DNA from: Octopus sinensis
Taxonomy: Eukaryota
NCBI RefSeq assembly: GCF_006345805.1
Contig: NC_043024.1
Span: 5,394,001 to 5,458,000 of the forward strand
Direction of reading: 5' to 3'
DNA length: 64,000 nucleotides
The translations under genes were made by a program, and so were the position numbers. The first letter of the stretch is position 1; each line of letters opens with the position of its first letter. The notes below the pieces were generated by a model, which made no database searches, was not told the DNA's origin, and was given only the letters and a program-made list of their open reading frames with translations. This document shows positions 47,592-59,829 of the stretch, in pieces.

Positions 47592-48117
47592 TTCATATAT
47601 ATATATATATAATTACACACACACACATATATATATACGCTGTCTTATACTGGCATTATCCAGGTGTTGTGGCCATACTGGCGAATCAGTGATTTTAGTA
47701 TATTTCAAACACACCTCCGGAACCGTATCTCTGGATTTTTCTCTGGTGAAACAGGCAGTTGGACTAAGCTGCTCTTGTTGGCATCTCTTGCTGTCACGGT
47801 GGCTTCATCTGGTGCTTCAGATGAAAAACTCTCTAAATATTGTTTGAAGTCATCCACCTCTACAACCGACAGATATATGAGACATTGAAATGTCGTGCAA
47901 CCATTGAACCCTAATTTGTTATAGTATTAGGTCCTTATTCTAGATGAAGAAGTTGAGTTCTTTGTTATTATGCACTGGCAATAAGTGTGTTGATTTGGTG
48001 AAGATTTCACTCCCAAACTAGGTGCTAGACCCTTCAGGATCTTTCATATACGCGTCTCTGCCACGATACAGAATCGTTTATAACCCAGTCATATAAATTA
48101 GGGTTTATACATGTTTA

Positions 48118-48156
<39 letters not shown>

Positions 48157-49220
48157 TATATATATTATATATATATATATATATATACTATATATATATA
48201 TATATACAAACACACACACACACACGTGTTTGTGTATGAGTGCATGTGTGTTTAAAGAGTGTTTGAAGTGGTGTACAGGTATTGTATATTGAGAAAATAG
48301 AGGTGGTCAGAATTCTGGATAATATTTTATTAGCGCTTTCGAGTGTTCATTGAAATCGTCAAGACAAAATCAAAATGGTAAAAACAGAACGTTTCGTTGT
48401 TTATTTACATGAATTGAATGTTGTTTTTTTTTGTTTGCTTTTTTTAGAAGAGGAAAAACAGGGAAAGATAGAAAGAAAAGCAAAGAGGTGGGGGAAATAG
48501 ACAGAGAGAGAGAGTTTTCAGGACAATTAAGAAAAAGGTAAAACAAATGATAAAGGATGAGGAAAGGATAGACAGACAGACAGATAAATAGATACATACA
48601 AAGAGAGCGAGAGAGAGAGAGAGAGAGGGGATGTTTCTTTTCAATTTGATGTGGTCAACCCATTGAAATATATGTATATATTATATATATATATATAATA
48701 TATATATAATATATATATATATATACACGCAGATATATACAAAGAATGGAATTCATTCAGTTTGCCTCAAGAAAATCCATTCAGAAGGCTTTAGTTGTCC
48801 TGAGACTAGAGTGGAAGGCACAGGGAGCCGTGCTCAGAATCACTTTATTGGAAAGCAAGTCTCTTAACTGCACAGCCACGCTTGTATCTATTTTATACAG
48901 TCACAAACATATATATATATATATATCTATAAATTACTGTAGTGTTCAGATGATCAGCCATTGCTGTGCCCTGCTGGTCACACTGCAATTCTTCACGTTA
49001 TTCTGAGGACTAAGGTGTATAAGCGACACAAATCATGATATTCTCCCGAAACAGGGCACCAGTCGATCACAGGGTTATTTATTTACAGCTCAGTTGACGG
49101 GAACAATGTGAAATGAGGTATTCATCTGAGGACCTCTAAGCACCACCCTCTGGGATTCGAAATCATGAACACAAGATCGGGAACGCCATAACGTAATCAC
49201 TAGGCCACACATGTTTACAA

Positions 49221-49274
<54 letters not shown>

Positions 49275-49479
49275 TGTATGTGTATGATCATGTTTCCATA
49301 TAGGTGTTGCTCAATAAAACCAATGATAAAAATTTTAACAAGTTGTCAAGCTTTTATTTGTTATGAAATAAAAAAGGTTTAAATGGGCTTCATATAATCT
49401 CCATACGTAGGTGTGTATGTGTGTGCACACGTGTGTATAAGTACATGGTGGTTATGCAGAGTTTGACCACCTCCCGTAC

Positions 49480-50265
49480 CTACACCTTAGCACCATCATG
49501 GCATCTGATGTGGATTTTTAAACCAGACAATCTGCTGAAAAAACACCCACACAGATTGCACATCCGATTTGAACCAGCAAGAGTTGCAGGTAAGTTCTGA
49601 TCTTTGTGGATCTTAAAATGTCTTTTGAGGCCTCCGTTAAATTTGCAAACCTTCTGACATACATTGCATTGAAAGGTGTGCACAGGCATATAGGCAGAAT
49701 AGTTGGTGGAAGTTAATTTTACGATGGGTTTGCAGATGAGATTTGAGACCAGCAAAAGACAGGCATGGTCTGTCACAGACTGTGCACACAAAAAGGTCAT
49801 TGTCATTCACCTTCTCGATTGTTACATTCTTCCTTAGATCTCTTTTGAGTCTTACTTGCGTTATCCTGGCCTCTTCAAATGCTTTCACTCCACTGCACAC
49901 TTCTGCTTGCCATCAAACCCGATCCAAAGCAAGGGTTTCTATGTCTTCTGGATCCATTCCAAGTGACTTCATAGTAGTCCTTATGCTGTCCTTAAACCTT
50001 GTTTTAGTTTTACGCCAATAGCGTTTCCCCTCTGCAAGCTCACCATAAAACAGCTGTTTCAGCATTCGTTCATCTGCCATTCGAATAATATGGCCACCCC
50101 GTCTCATTTGGTTCCTCAAAATCATAGCTTTAATTGAGGTGATGCCTACAGATGCAAGGTTATCTGTGTTTGGAGTAAAAGAACTCCATTTAATTTTTTA
50201 AATGTGACGAAGGCATTTTTGGTGGAATTCTTCTAACAATTTAAAACGCCTTTCATAACAAGTCC
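49480..50265 (-). mobile_element. 3' relic of an RTE (BovB-like) LINE with C-terminal C2H2 fingers; second copy about 51800-52570
   Basis: GHIIRMADERMLKQLFYGELAEGKR...RFKDSIR, followed across frameshifts by CTVCDRPCLSFAGLKSHLQTH, CNVCQKVCKFNGGLKRHFKIH and CNLCGCFFSRLSGLKIHIRCH. Confidence 0.75.
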
Positions 50266-50678
50266 AAATGATAAGACAAATGATTTGGAAAGAGCCAGCT
50301 TTGTATTCTTATTTATATGACACTGGCACCAAAAACATGACTGCAAGCCACCAAATGCTTTTGCTGCCCTTTGAATTCACAGCTGTATTTCTGTATCAAG
50401 ATTTCCATCGTTTTGAACAGAGATTCCAAGGTAGATGAATGGATCGATAACTTACCCTCAACAAAAATTTTAGTAGGGTTAGAAACAGCATCACACACAC
50501 AGGTTGATGCATTACAACCGGTTTTTTTTTTTTCAAGTTAATGGTCGAGCCAAAATCATCACAAGCCAAATCAAAAGAGATTGCAAACCTGTTTCAGAAT
50601 GACTGACAACATCGCAATTGTCAGCGTATAAAAGTTCCCTAATGAGTGAAGTAAAAACCTTGTTTTGAATTTCACTCT

Positions 50679-51195
50679 GGTCAGATTAAAAACATACATA
50701 CATACATGCACTTAGTTTTTCAAAAAATTATGAAAAGCTTACGTCGTACTAAATGAATTGAATTACATTTTGAAAGGATAAATGTAAACAGCATTCAAGG
50801 TTACATAAATTTAGGTCAGTTAAGGAGTGGCTTGATATGATTGAACATAATAAAAGAAGATAGAATGTATAGATAATGGTCAGATCAAAAACATACATAC
50901 ATACATGCACTTAGTTTTTCAAAAAATTATGAAAAGCTTACGTCATACTAAATGAATTGAATTACATTTTGAAAGGATAAATTGTAAACAGCATTCAAGG
51001 TTACATAAATTTAGGTCAGTTAAGGAGTGGCTTGATATTGATTGAACATAATAAAAGAAGATAGAATGTATAGATAAATGGTCAGATCAAAAACATACAT
51101 ACATACATGCACTTAGTTTTTCAAAAAATTATGAAAAGCTTACGTCGTACTAAATTAATTGAATTACATTTTGAAAGGATAAATTGTAAACAGCA
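50679..51195. repeat. About 200-bp tandem repeat, about 2.6 copies (also 52985-53505)
   Basis: GGTCAGAT(T/C)AAAAACATACATACATACATGC starts at about 50679, 50878 and 51080. Confidence 0.9.
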
Positions 51196-51548
51196 TAAGA
51201 AAAAATTTTCTCGTCTTAAATCTTGTCATATATATATATAATATATATATATATCTATAAATTACTGTAGTGTTCAGATGATCAGCCATTGCTGTGCCCT
51301 GCTGGTCACACTGCAATTCTTCACGTTATTCTGAGGACTAAGGTGTATAAGCGACACAAATCATGATATTCTCCCGAAACAGGGCACCAGTCGATCACAG
51401 GGTTATTTATTTACAGCTCAGTTGACGGGAACAATGTGAAATGAGGTATTCATCTGAGGACCTCTAAGCACCACCCTCTGGGATTCGAAATCATGAACAC
51501 AAGATCGGGAACGCCATAACGTAATCACTAGGCCACACATGTTTACAA

Positions 51549-51596
<48 letters not shown>

Positions 51597-53609
51597 TGTG
51601 TATGTGTATGATCATGTTTCCATATAGGTGTTGCTCAATAAAACCAATGATAAAAATTTTAACAAGTTGTCAAGCTTTTATTTGTTATGAAATAAAAAAG
51701 GTTTAAATGGGCTTCATATAATCTCCATACGTAGGTGTGTATGTGTGTGCACACGTGTGTATAAGTACATGGTGGTTATGCAGAGTTTGACCACCTCCGT
51801 ACCTACACCTTAGCACCATCATGGCATCTGATGTGGATTTTTAAACCAGACAATCTGCTGAAAAAACCCCACACAGATTGCACATCCGATTTGAACCAGC
51901 AAGAGTTGCAGGTAAGTTCTGATCTTTGTGGATCTTAAAATGTCTTTTGAGGCCTCCGTTAAATTTGCAAACCTTCTGACATACATTGCATTGAAAGGTG
52001 TGCACAGGCATATAGGCAGAATAGTTGGTGGAAGTTAATTTTACGATGGGTTTGCAGATGAGATTTGAGACCAGCAAAAGACAGGCATGGTTTGTCACAG
52101 ACTGTGCACACAAAATGGTCATTGTCATTCACCTTCTCGATCGTTACATTAGATGTCTTTTGAGTCTTACTTGCGTTATCCTGGCCTCTTCAAATGCTTT
52201 CACTCCACTCCACACTTCTGCTTGCCATCAAACCCGATCCAAAGCAAGGGTTTCTATGTCTTCTGGATCCATTCCAAGTGACTTCATAGTAGTCCTTATG
52301 CTGTCCTTTTTAGGATTACGCCAATAGTGTTTCCCCTCTGCAAGCTCACCATAAAACAGCTGTTTCAGCATGCGTTCATCTGCCATTCGAACAATATGGC
52401 CACACTGTCTCATTTGGTTCCTCAAAATCATAGCTTTAATTGACGTGATGCCTGCAGATGCAAGGTTATCTGTGTTTGAAGTAAAAGAACTCCATTTAAT
52501 TTTTTAAATGTGACGAAGGCATTTTTGGTGGAATTCTTCTAACAATTTAAAATGCCTTTCATAACAAGTCCAAATGATAAGACAAATGATTTGGAAAGAG
52601 CCAGCTTTGTATTCTTATTTATATGACACTGGCACCAAAAACATGACTGCAAGCCACCAAATGCTTTTGCTGCCCTTTGAATTCACAGCTGTATTTCTGT
52701 ATCAAGATTTCCATCGTTTTGAACAGAGATTCCAAGGTAGATGAATGGATCGATAACTTACCCTCAACAAAAATTTTAGTAGGGTTAGAAACAGCATCAC
52801 ACACACAGGTTGATGCATTACAACCGGTTTTTTTTTTTCAAGTTAATGGTCGAGCCAAAATCATCACAAGCCAAATCAAAAGAGATTGCAAACCTGTTTC
52901 AGAATGACTGACAACATCGCAATTGTCAGCGTATAAAAGTTCCCTAATGAGTGAAGTAAAAACCTTTGTTTTGAATTTCACTCTGGTCAGATTAAAAACA
53001 TACATACATACATGCACTTAGTTTTTCAAAAAATTATGAAAAGCTTACGTCGTACTAAATGAATTGAATTACATTTTGAAAGGATAAATTGTAAACAGCA
53101 TTCAAGGTTACATAAATTTAGGTCAGTTAAGGAGTGGCTTGATATTGATTGAACATAATAAAAGAAGATAGAATGTATAGATAAATGGTCAGATCAAAAA
53201 CATACATACATACATGCACTTAGTTTTTCAAAAAATTATGAAAAGCTTACGTCATACTAAATGAATTGAATTACATTTTGAAAGGATAAATTGTAAACAG
53301 CATTCAAGGTTACATAAATTTAGGTCAGTTAAGGAGTGGCTTGATATTGATTGAACATAATAAAAGAAGATAGAATGTATAGATAAATGGTCAGATCAAA
53401 AACATACATACATACATGCACTTAGTTTTTCAAAAAATTATGAAAAGCTTACGTCGTACTAAATGAATTGAATTACATTTTGAAAGGATAAATTGTAAAC
53501 AGCATAAGAAAAAATTTTCTCGTCTTAAATCTTGTCATATATATATATATTATATATATATATTATATAATATTTTATCTTTTACTACTTAAAGCTGTGG
53601 CCATGCTGG

Positions 53610-55065
53610 GGCACACTGTCATTATTGAGAACTTCCTCTGATATGTGGCATTTGGTGAACAAGGGAGTTTGATGTCATTGCCCTTATTTGTGCCTCCTCC
53701 CACAAAGGAGGTTCATCCAGGATTCTCAACAGGGAGAGGTCCAGTTTTCTTTTGAAAACACATCCACTTTGTGTAGGTCCCTCATGCTTTTTGGGAGAAT
53801 ATTAAAAAGCCGTGTGCATTTAAAACCCAGGCTGTTGCAGTAATAACTGGTCCTGAAATGTGACAGAAGTGTTGGGATCTTTGGCTCTGTGCAGTGGTGA
53901 CCCGTTCTGGCATTTGTGTAGCTTTCAAAGCCAAAATTTGGTACAATCCCTTCCAGGATATTCCAGATGTATATTACTGCATATCTTCCCCACCTTCACT
54001 CTAGGGAGTAAAGTCTTACCTGTTTCAGCCTTCCCCTGTAGTTGAGCTGTTGCAATGAGATGATCTTCTTTTAGTAGCTTCGCTGGATTGCTTCAAGGTC
54101 CACTGTTAATTTTACACTGTGGGGTGACCGTTGTTGGGAGCAGTAGTCCAGGCAGCTGAGGATAAATGTCCTCCAGTGGACCATCATGGTTTCTTTGTCC
54201 CTGGCTCTGAAGGTTCTCAGGATCCATCTATCCAGCTATCTGCACTTTGTCATCATCTTGTTAAAGTGCACTTGGAAAGAGGTATCATCACACATGTCGA
54301 TACCCAGATCACACACGTGATTGTAATTCCCCACTAGGCCAGTATACCCTGTATGTTTTCTGTTCAAATTTGGGTGCTGGTAGTGCAGGGATTGAAATTT
54401 TCCAGCATTAAACTGCATATTATTGTCCTCAGATCATCTGTAAATTGCATCCAGCTACTGCTGCAGGCATGTAACATCACTACGGTTTTGCATTTTCTGC
54501 AAAAATTTCGTGTCGTCTCCGTAGCTAGCAAGGGTATCAGGGCAGCGGAGAGCATATCTGAGAGGGCCACTATGAAAATCAGTGGCCCTAAGACAGTGCC
54601 CTGTGGAACACCACTCACTATTTGTGGTTCCGTTGAGGTGGTACCACTGGCTACCACTACCTGACTTCTGTCTTTCAGAAAGTCATGTAATCATTCTCCA
54701 AGTTTTCCAGCTTTGCCAAGATCACGTAGTTTGTGGCATATCATATCATGATTAACTTTATCAAAAGCTTTTGCAAAGTATATTACGTCCACATTTGAGT
54801 TGTTAAGTAACTGTTTCAGCACCCAGTCATTGTGTTATAGGAGCTGTGTCAGGCAACTCCTACTTGGTCGAAAACCATGCTATCACTCAGCAGTCACTTT
54901 CTTCCAGGAATGACTTTGCTTGTGTGTGAAGTCAGAGATATAGGCCTATAAGTTATGGCACCTGCTCTGCTTCCTCCTTCATGGATTGGGCATATTATTC
55001 CCTTCTAAAGTTTGCTTGGCAGCTTGCCATTTGCAAGAAAACTCTGGAGGAAAATTTGTAGTGGT
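53610..55065 (-). mobile_element. Degenerate CR1-type LINE 3' portion
   Basis: SGVPQGTVLGPLIF, DLGIDMCDD and C-terminal motifs, homologous to 30690-31185 and 46500-47000. Confidence 0.8.
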
Positions 55066-55109
55066 TTTTCCTGGGCATATATATGTATATACATTATATA
55101 TATATAAAT

Positions 55110-55895
55110 ATTGATCATAGAACAAATATCATATTCGAGTCAGCGACTTTATATATAACACCGTAACATTTCATCATATATAAATATTACCATGGCTCTT
55201 AAACATAAAAACTATACATATATAAAATACACAGAAGGTAAAAAATATATATGCGAATAAAAACACAGATATATAGTACAGCCTATCAAGAAGGTATATA
55301 CAATTGGCTAAAAATTCTAAAATGTGTCGTGCTGCTAAAAATCCAAATAAACTAAAATAAAATATCAATCGACTAAACAAGGAATTTGTTGAGATTCCTG
55401 TTCCTCATGATGTGGGGGGTCATTGCCAAGATGCGCTTTAACTCGTAATTGAAGTGCGGCAATGAACTCCTGAAATGGCCATAGATGTGTTTCACTTTAT
55501 TTTGTGGAACTCTTTTTGCTCCTGGACTCTAACCTACCATGGGTTTTATGAAACAAACTTTTTTGACGTACTCTTTCATTTTAGGGGAGTAAGAAAATTT
55601 TTTTTTTAGTCGATATTTTATTTTATTTGGATTTTTAGTAGCATGACACGCTTTAGAATTCCTAGTCGATTGTATATATCTTCTTGATAGGCCGTTCTAT
55701 ACACCTGCATTTTTATTCACATATATATTTTTTACCTTTGATGATTTTTATGTTTACTTTGTATGTTTTTTTTTATATATGTATACTCTGTATGTTTAAG
55801 AGCCATGGTAATATTTATATATGATGAAATGTTTGGAGATACGGTGTTATATATAAAGTCATTGACTCGAATTTGATGTTTATTTTATGATCAAT
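55110..55895. repeat. Diverged inverted repeat (arms about 55110-55380 and 55600-55895) around an about 220-bp spacer
   Basis: For example TTTATATATAACACCGT...ATTACCATGGCTCTTAAAC versus GTTTAAGAGCCATGGTAAT...ACGGTGTTATATATAAA. Confidence 0.8.
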
Positions 55896-56129
55896 GTTTC
55901 TTTATCTCTGTCTCAGTTACATTTGAGCTCTTCTTTTTTTGCAGTCCTATAAACCCTTTGTTTCCATAAAAAGGAGACAGAAATTATTTCTTGTCGTATA
56001 TATATATATATCACGTGACCGACCAGACCATCAGATGTTGTTACACATCGCTGGTCACAATGCGTTCGCATTGTTTTAGCCTTCGAATGACGCCACCCCG
56101 CTGGCTAAGCGAGCAGGCCAATATATATA

Positions 56130-56440
56130 TGTAAAAGGGCACCATTCGAGCGTGATCATTACCAGCATCGCCTTACTGGCACCTGTGCCAGTGGCATGTG
56201 TAAAAAGATTTGAGCAAGGTCATTGGCAGTACCGCCTGACTGACCCCTGTGCTGGTGGCACATAAAAAGCACCCACTACACTCTCGGAGTGGTTGGCGTT
56301 AGGAAGGGCATCCAGCTGTAGAAACTCTGCCAGGTCAAGATTGGAGCCTGGTGCGGTCATCTGGTTCGCCAGCCCTCAGCCAAAATCATCCAATGCATGC
56401 TAGCATGGAAAGCGGACGTTAAACGATGATGATGATGATA
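56130..56440 (+). mobile_element. RTE LINE 3' UTR fragment with (GAT)n tail
   Basis: AAAAAGCACCCACTACACTCTCGGAGTGG...GGAAAGCGGACGTTAAACGATGATGATGATG. Confidence 0.85.
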
Positions 56441-56446
56441 TACATA

Positions 56447-56674
56447 CTTCTTTACTACCCACAAGGGGATAAACACAGAGGGGACAAATAAGGACAGACA
56501 AACGGATTAAGTCGATTACATCGACTCCAGTGCGTAACTGGTATTTAATTTATCGACCACAAAAGGATGAAAGGCAAAGTCGACCTCGACAGAATTTGAA
56601 CTCAGAACGTAACGGCAGACGAAGTACGGCTACGCATTTCGCCCTGTGTGCTAACGGTTCCGCCAGCTCGCCGC
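56447..56674 (-). mobile_element. Family B SINE
   Basis: Homologous to 47365-47591. Confidence 0.85.
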
Positions 56675-56764
56675 ATACACACACACATGTGCACAAAAAA
56701 AGGTTCATACACATGTCTATATATGCACATGCACAAGAAAAAACAGGGCTAGAGGCAAAATACA

Positions 56765-57533
56765 GGACCTTTTCCTTTTGAATGGCATATGTCAACACAA
56801 TTTCTAGTTAATTAAACACTTTTAAACTTCGTATACTGGTACAATGTGTTTATAAAACATAATTTTTTCTTGGCTTTATTGAGAAAATTCTATTGTTTGT
56901 AAGATATTTCCCCTTTAAAATCGAGCATTTCGGCAATTTTAACGAATCGCTGGAGTCTATTTGGGGTGAAAACATTCCGTGCTGTATGAATATGTCCCTC
57001 CTTTAAGAAACAGATTGGGTTTATTTACATTTGTGAAGAAAAAAAGATACACTTCCCCCACCCCTAACCCTAACCCTAAAACTGATTGAAATGCAATAGA
57101 TCGATACTAGGGTTATAATTATGGGTGACAATTTCATACGACACCGCTACGGAAAATGGGATTTTTTTCTAGTGGTGTCAAATGAAAATGTCACCCATAA
57201 TTATAACCCTAGTATCGATCTATTGCATTTCAATCTATTTTAGGGTTAGGTTTAGAGTTATGGTTAGGTTTAGGGTTAGTGTTAGGGTTAGGGGTCGAGG
57301 TAGGGTATCTTTTTTTCTTCGCAAATGTAAATGAACCCAATCTGTTTCTTAAAGGAGGGACATATTCATACAGCACGGAATGTTTTTACCCCAAATGGAC
57401 TCCATCAATTGGTTAAAATTGCCGAAATGCTCGATTTTAAAGAGGAAATATCTTACAAACTATAGAATTTTCTCAATAAAGCCAAGAAAAAGTGATATTG
57501 TGTTGACATGTGCCGTTCAAAAGGAAAAGATCC
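56765..57533. mobile_element. Fold-back DNA element (about 370-bp TIRs, 20-bp spacer, 8-bp TSD) with internal telomeric repeats
   Basis: TSD AAAATACA at 56757-56764 and 57534-57541. Termini GGACCTTTTCCTTTTGAA / TTCAAAAGGAAAAGATCC. (CCCTAA)n at 57061-57081 and degenerate (TTAGGG)n at 57241-57294. Confidence 0.85.
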
Positions 57534-58290
57534 AAAATACATATAAAAAAATAAGTAATAAAAGTAAAACACGTCTATATACACGCATACCCATATGCAC
57601 GTACACACACATGTCTCTATACACACATACCTGCATGTCTATATATGCGCACACACACACACACACACACAAAAAGGTTCATATACACATCTATATACGC
57701 ACATGTACAAGAAAAAACGGCTAAAGGCAAAATACAGGAAAATGGGCAAAAAATGTGTAAAAAAGACTAAGACTAAAACACGTCTATATACGCACATACT
57801 CGCATGCACGCATGTCCATGTACAAGCTTTTTATCTCTCTATACTTTTTACTTATATTTCTTTATATTTTTTATATATATCTATATATATTTTTTACATA
57901 TTTATAGAGATATTGTTTTATAGGTTTATTGCTCATATATTTTTTACACATATTTTTTCTCTATTCTACCTTCCACCCTGCATTTTCCCTGTGCGTATAT
58001 AGACGTGTATATGGAACCTTTTGTGCGCACGTGTGGATGTGTGCATGTGTGCGGATACGGGCGTGTATAGACATGTGTGCGTGTGCATGCATGCGAGCAT
58101 GTGCGTATATAGGACGTGTTTTACTCATTGTCTTTTTACATATTTTTTTACACATTTTCCTGTATTTTGCCTTTAGCCGTGTTTTATCTTGTACATGTGC
58201 GTATATAGACGTGTGTATGAACCGTTTATTGTGCGCGCATGTGTGTGTGCGTATATAGACGTGCGGGTATGCGTGTATATAGACATGTGT
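57534..58290. repeat. Subrepeat-rich inverted-repeat element hosting the fold-back element (left part from about 56675)
   Basis: Unit AAAAAGGTTCAT...GTCTATATA...CAAGAAAAAAC...GGCAAAATACAGGA at about 56695-56764 and 57670-57740, with an inverted copy at about 58155-58230. Confidence 0.65.
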
Positions 58291-58294
58291 GTTG

Positions 58295-58550
58295 ACCAGA
58301 CTATCAAATGCTGTTACACATCTCTGGTCACAATGTGCTTTGCATCATTTCATCTTTCAAGCAGGCCAGTGAGTGTTCCCCCTAATCACAACACAAGTCT
58401 ATTGGAGGGTGATCCATTTACAGCTGAGTGGACTGCAGCAAAGTGAAATGAGGTGTTTTGCTCAAGAATACAAGGTACTGCTCAGTATGGGAATTGAACC
58501 CACAATCTAGCCACTGTGAGTGCAACACCCTAACCACTAGGCCATATGCC
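58295..58550 (-). mobile_element. Diverged tRNA-derived SINE
   Basis: Reverse complement head GGCATATGGCCTAGTGGTTAGGG...GGGTTCAATTCCC, with a tail similar to family C. Confidence 0.7.
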
Positions 58551-58852
58551 TTTACACACACATGCGCACACAAACACACACGCACACACACACATACATG
58601 TATACAAATGCATATACATATGTTTGCATATGCATGTATGGTAGTCATTTTTACGTCTGTTTTCCATGCTAGCATGGGTTAGATGAATATGTATTTGTTG
58701 TCTTTTTTTTATTTCTGGATCCCCTTCATGTCCTTAATCCTTACCTGTTGCTCAAGTAGGGGATCTCTTATTCCAATGTTCTATTCGTCAACGGGAGAAA
58801 TGATAACAATCTAATCACCAAAAGCTAAGAAATTGCCAGACACAACAAATGT

Positions 58853-59344
58853 AAACACACACACGCTTGTGTGTGTGTGTGTGTGTGTGTGCTTGTGTGT
58901 ATGTGTGTGTGTGTGTGTGCTTGTGTGTGTGTGTGCTTGTGTGTGTGTGTGTCTGTGTTTGTGTGTGTGTGTGTATGTGTTTGTGTGTGTGTGTGTGTGT
59001 GTATGTGTGTGTGCTTGTGTGTGTGTGTGCTTGTGTGTGTGTGTGTGTGTGTGCTTGTGTGTGTGTGTGTGTCTGTGTGTGTGTGTATGTGTATGTGTTT
59101 GTGTGTGTGTGTGCTTGTGTGTGTGTGTGTGTGTGTGTTGCTTGTGTGTGTGTGTGTGTGTGTGTATGTGTGTGTGCTTGTGTGTGTGTGTGCTTGTATG
59201 TGTGTATGTGTGTGTGTGCTTGTGTGTGTGTGTTTGTGTGTGTGTATGTTTGTGTGTGTGTGTGCTTGTGTGTGTGTGTGTTTGTGTGTGTGTGTGCTTG
59301 TATGTGTGTGTGTGTGTGTGCTTGTATGTGTGTGTGTGTGTGTG
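58853..59344. repeat. Compound (GT)n microsatellite with recurring GCTT interruptions
   Basis: Directly visible. Confidence 0.95.
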
Positions 59345-59588
59345 ACCAATGAAACTGTGATAAGTAGAGCAATGTAGCAAACCAAAAGATGCAACACAAT
59401 GACTGTTGTTAGGTTTATTAGTGTCAAGAAGATCATTCAGCTATAAATAATTGTTGAGATAAGCTGAAGTTTTTAATATTTATGTCACTTCATGGGAGAT
59501 TTGAGAAACACAGTCTTCTTTAAATTGCTCTTTACCTCATTTTATAAGTTCTTAAAAACTATCTTACTTTCTTTTTTATTCAAAAGAC

Positions 59589-59672
59589 ATGGATGTAAAT
59601 AAGATTATAAGCAACATTCTGGATGGGGACTTTGAAGATGTTGAACGACTTATCAAAGAAAATCCTGATAAA
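59589..59672 (+). CDS. First coding exon of ankyrin-repeat (Mind-bomb-2-like) gene B
   Basis: Polypyrimidine/AG 2 nt before the ATG. Reads MDVNKIISNILDGDFEDVERLIKENPDK, then GTAAGT (phase 0), in frame with the exon at 61513. Confidence 0.75.
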
Positions 59673-59829
59673 GTAAGTTTACTTTATATTGCTTCTTCAA
59701 TGTTGAATGTTTGTTTATTATTTTATACACAATATTAAATGTTCCTAAATAACCAGATATATTTGTCCATAATATTTCATTTCTTTCTTTACCTCTTTCC
59801 TCTAATCCTCATCATTGTCACTTTTTATA

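Larger units (their letters stand above)
48909..53536 (+). repeat. Tandem duplication of an about 2.3-kb unit (48909-51227, 51228-53536)
   Basis: Both units start CTATAAATTACTGTAGTG after (TA)n and end AAATCTTGTC before (TA)n. Each contains a SINE relic, an RTE fragment and an about 200-bp tandem array. Confidence 0.92.

Noticed and set aside
50445-50600. Candidate minus-strand exon with GTAAGT donor in both tandem units
   Set aside because: The frame depends on a variable poly-T length, is broken in both copies and has no clear domain match.
50679-51195. CRISPR-like array or ribozyme-bearing retrozyme repeat
   Set aside because: Whole units repeat without unique spacers, no hammerhead core was found, and the context is eukaryotic.
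57061-57294. Telomeric repeats as evidence of a chromosome end or fusion
   Set aside because: They are short, degenerate and symmetrically embedded in the TIRs of an element with a TSD.
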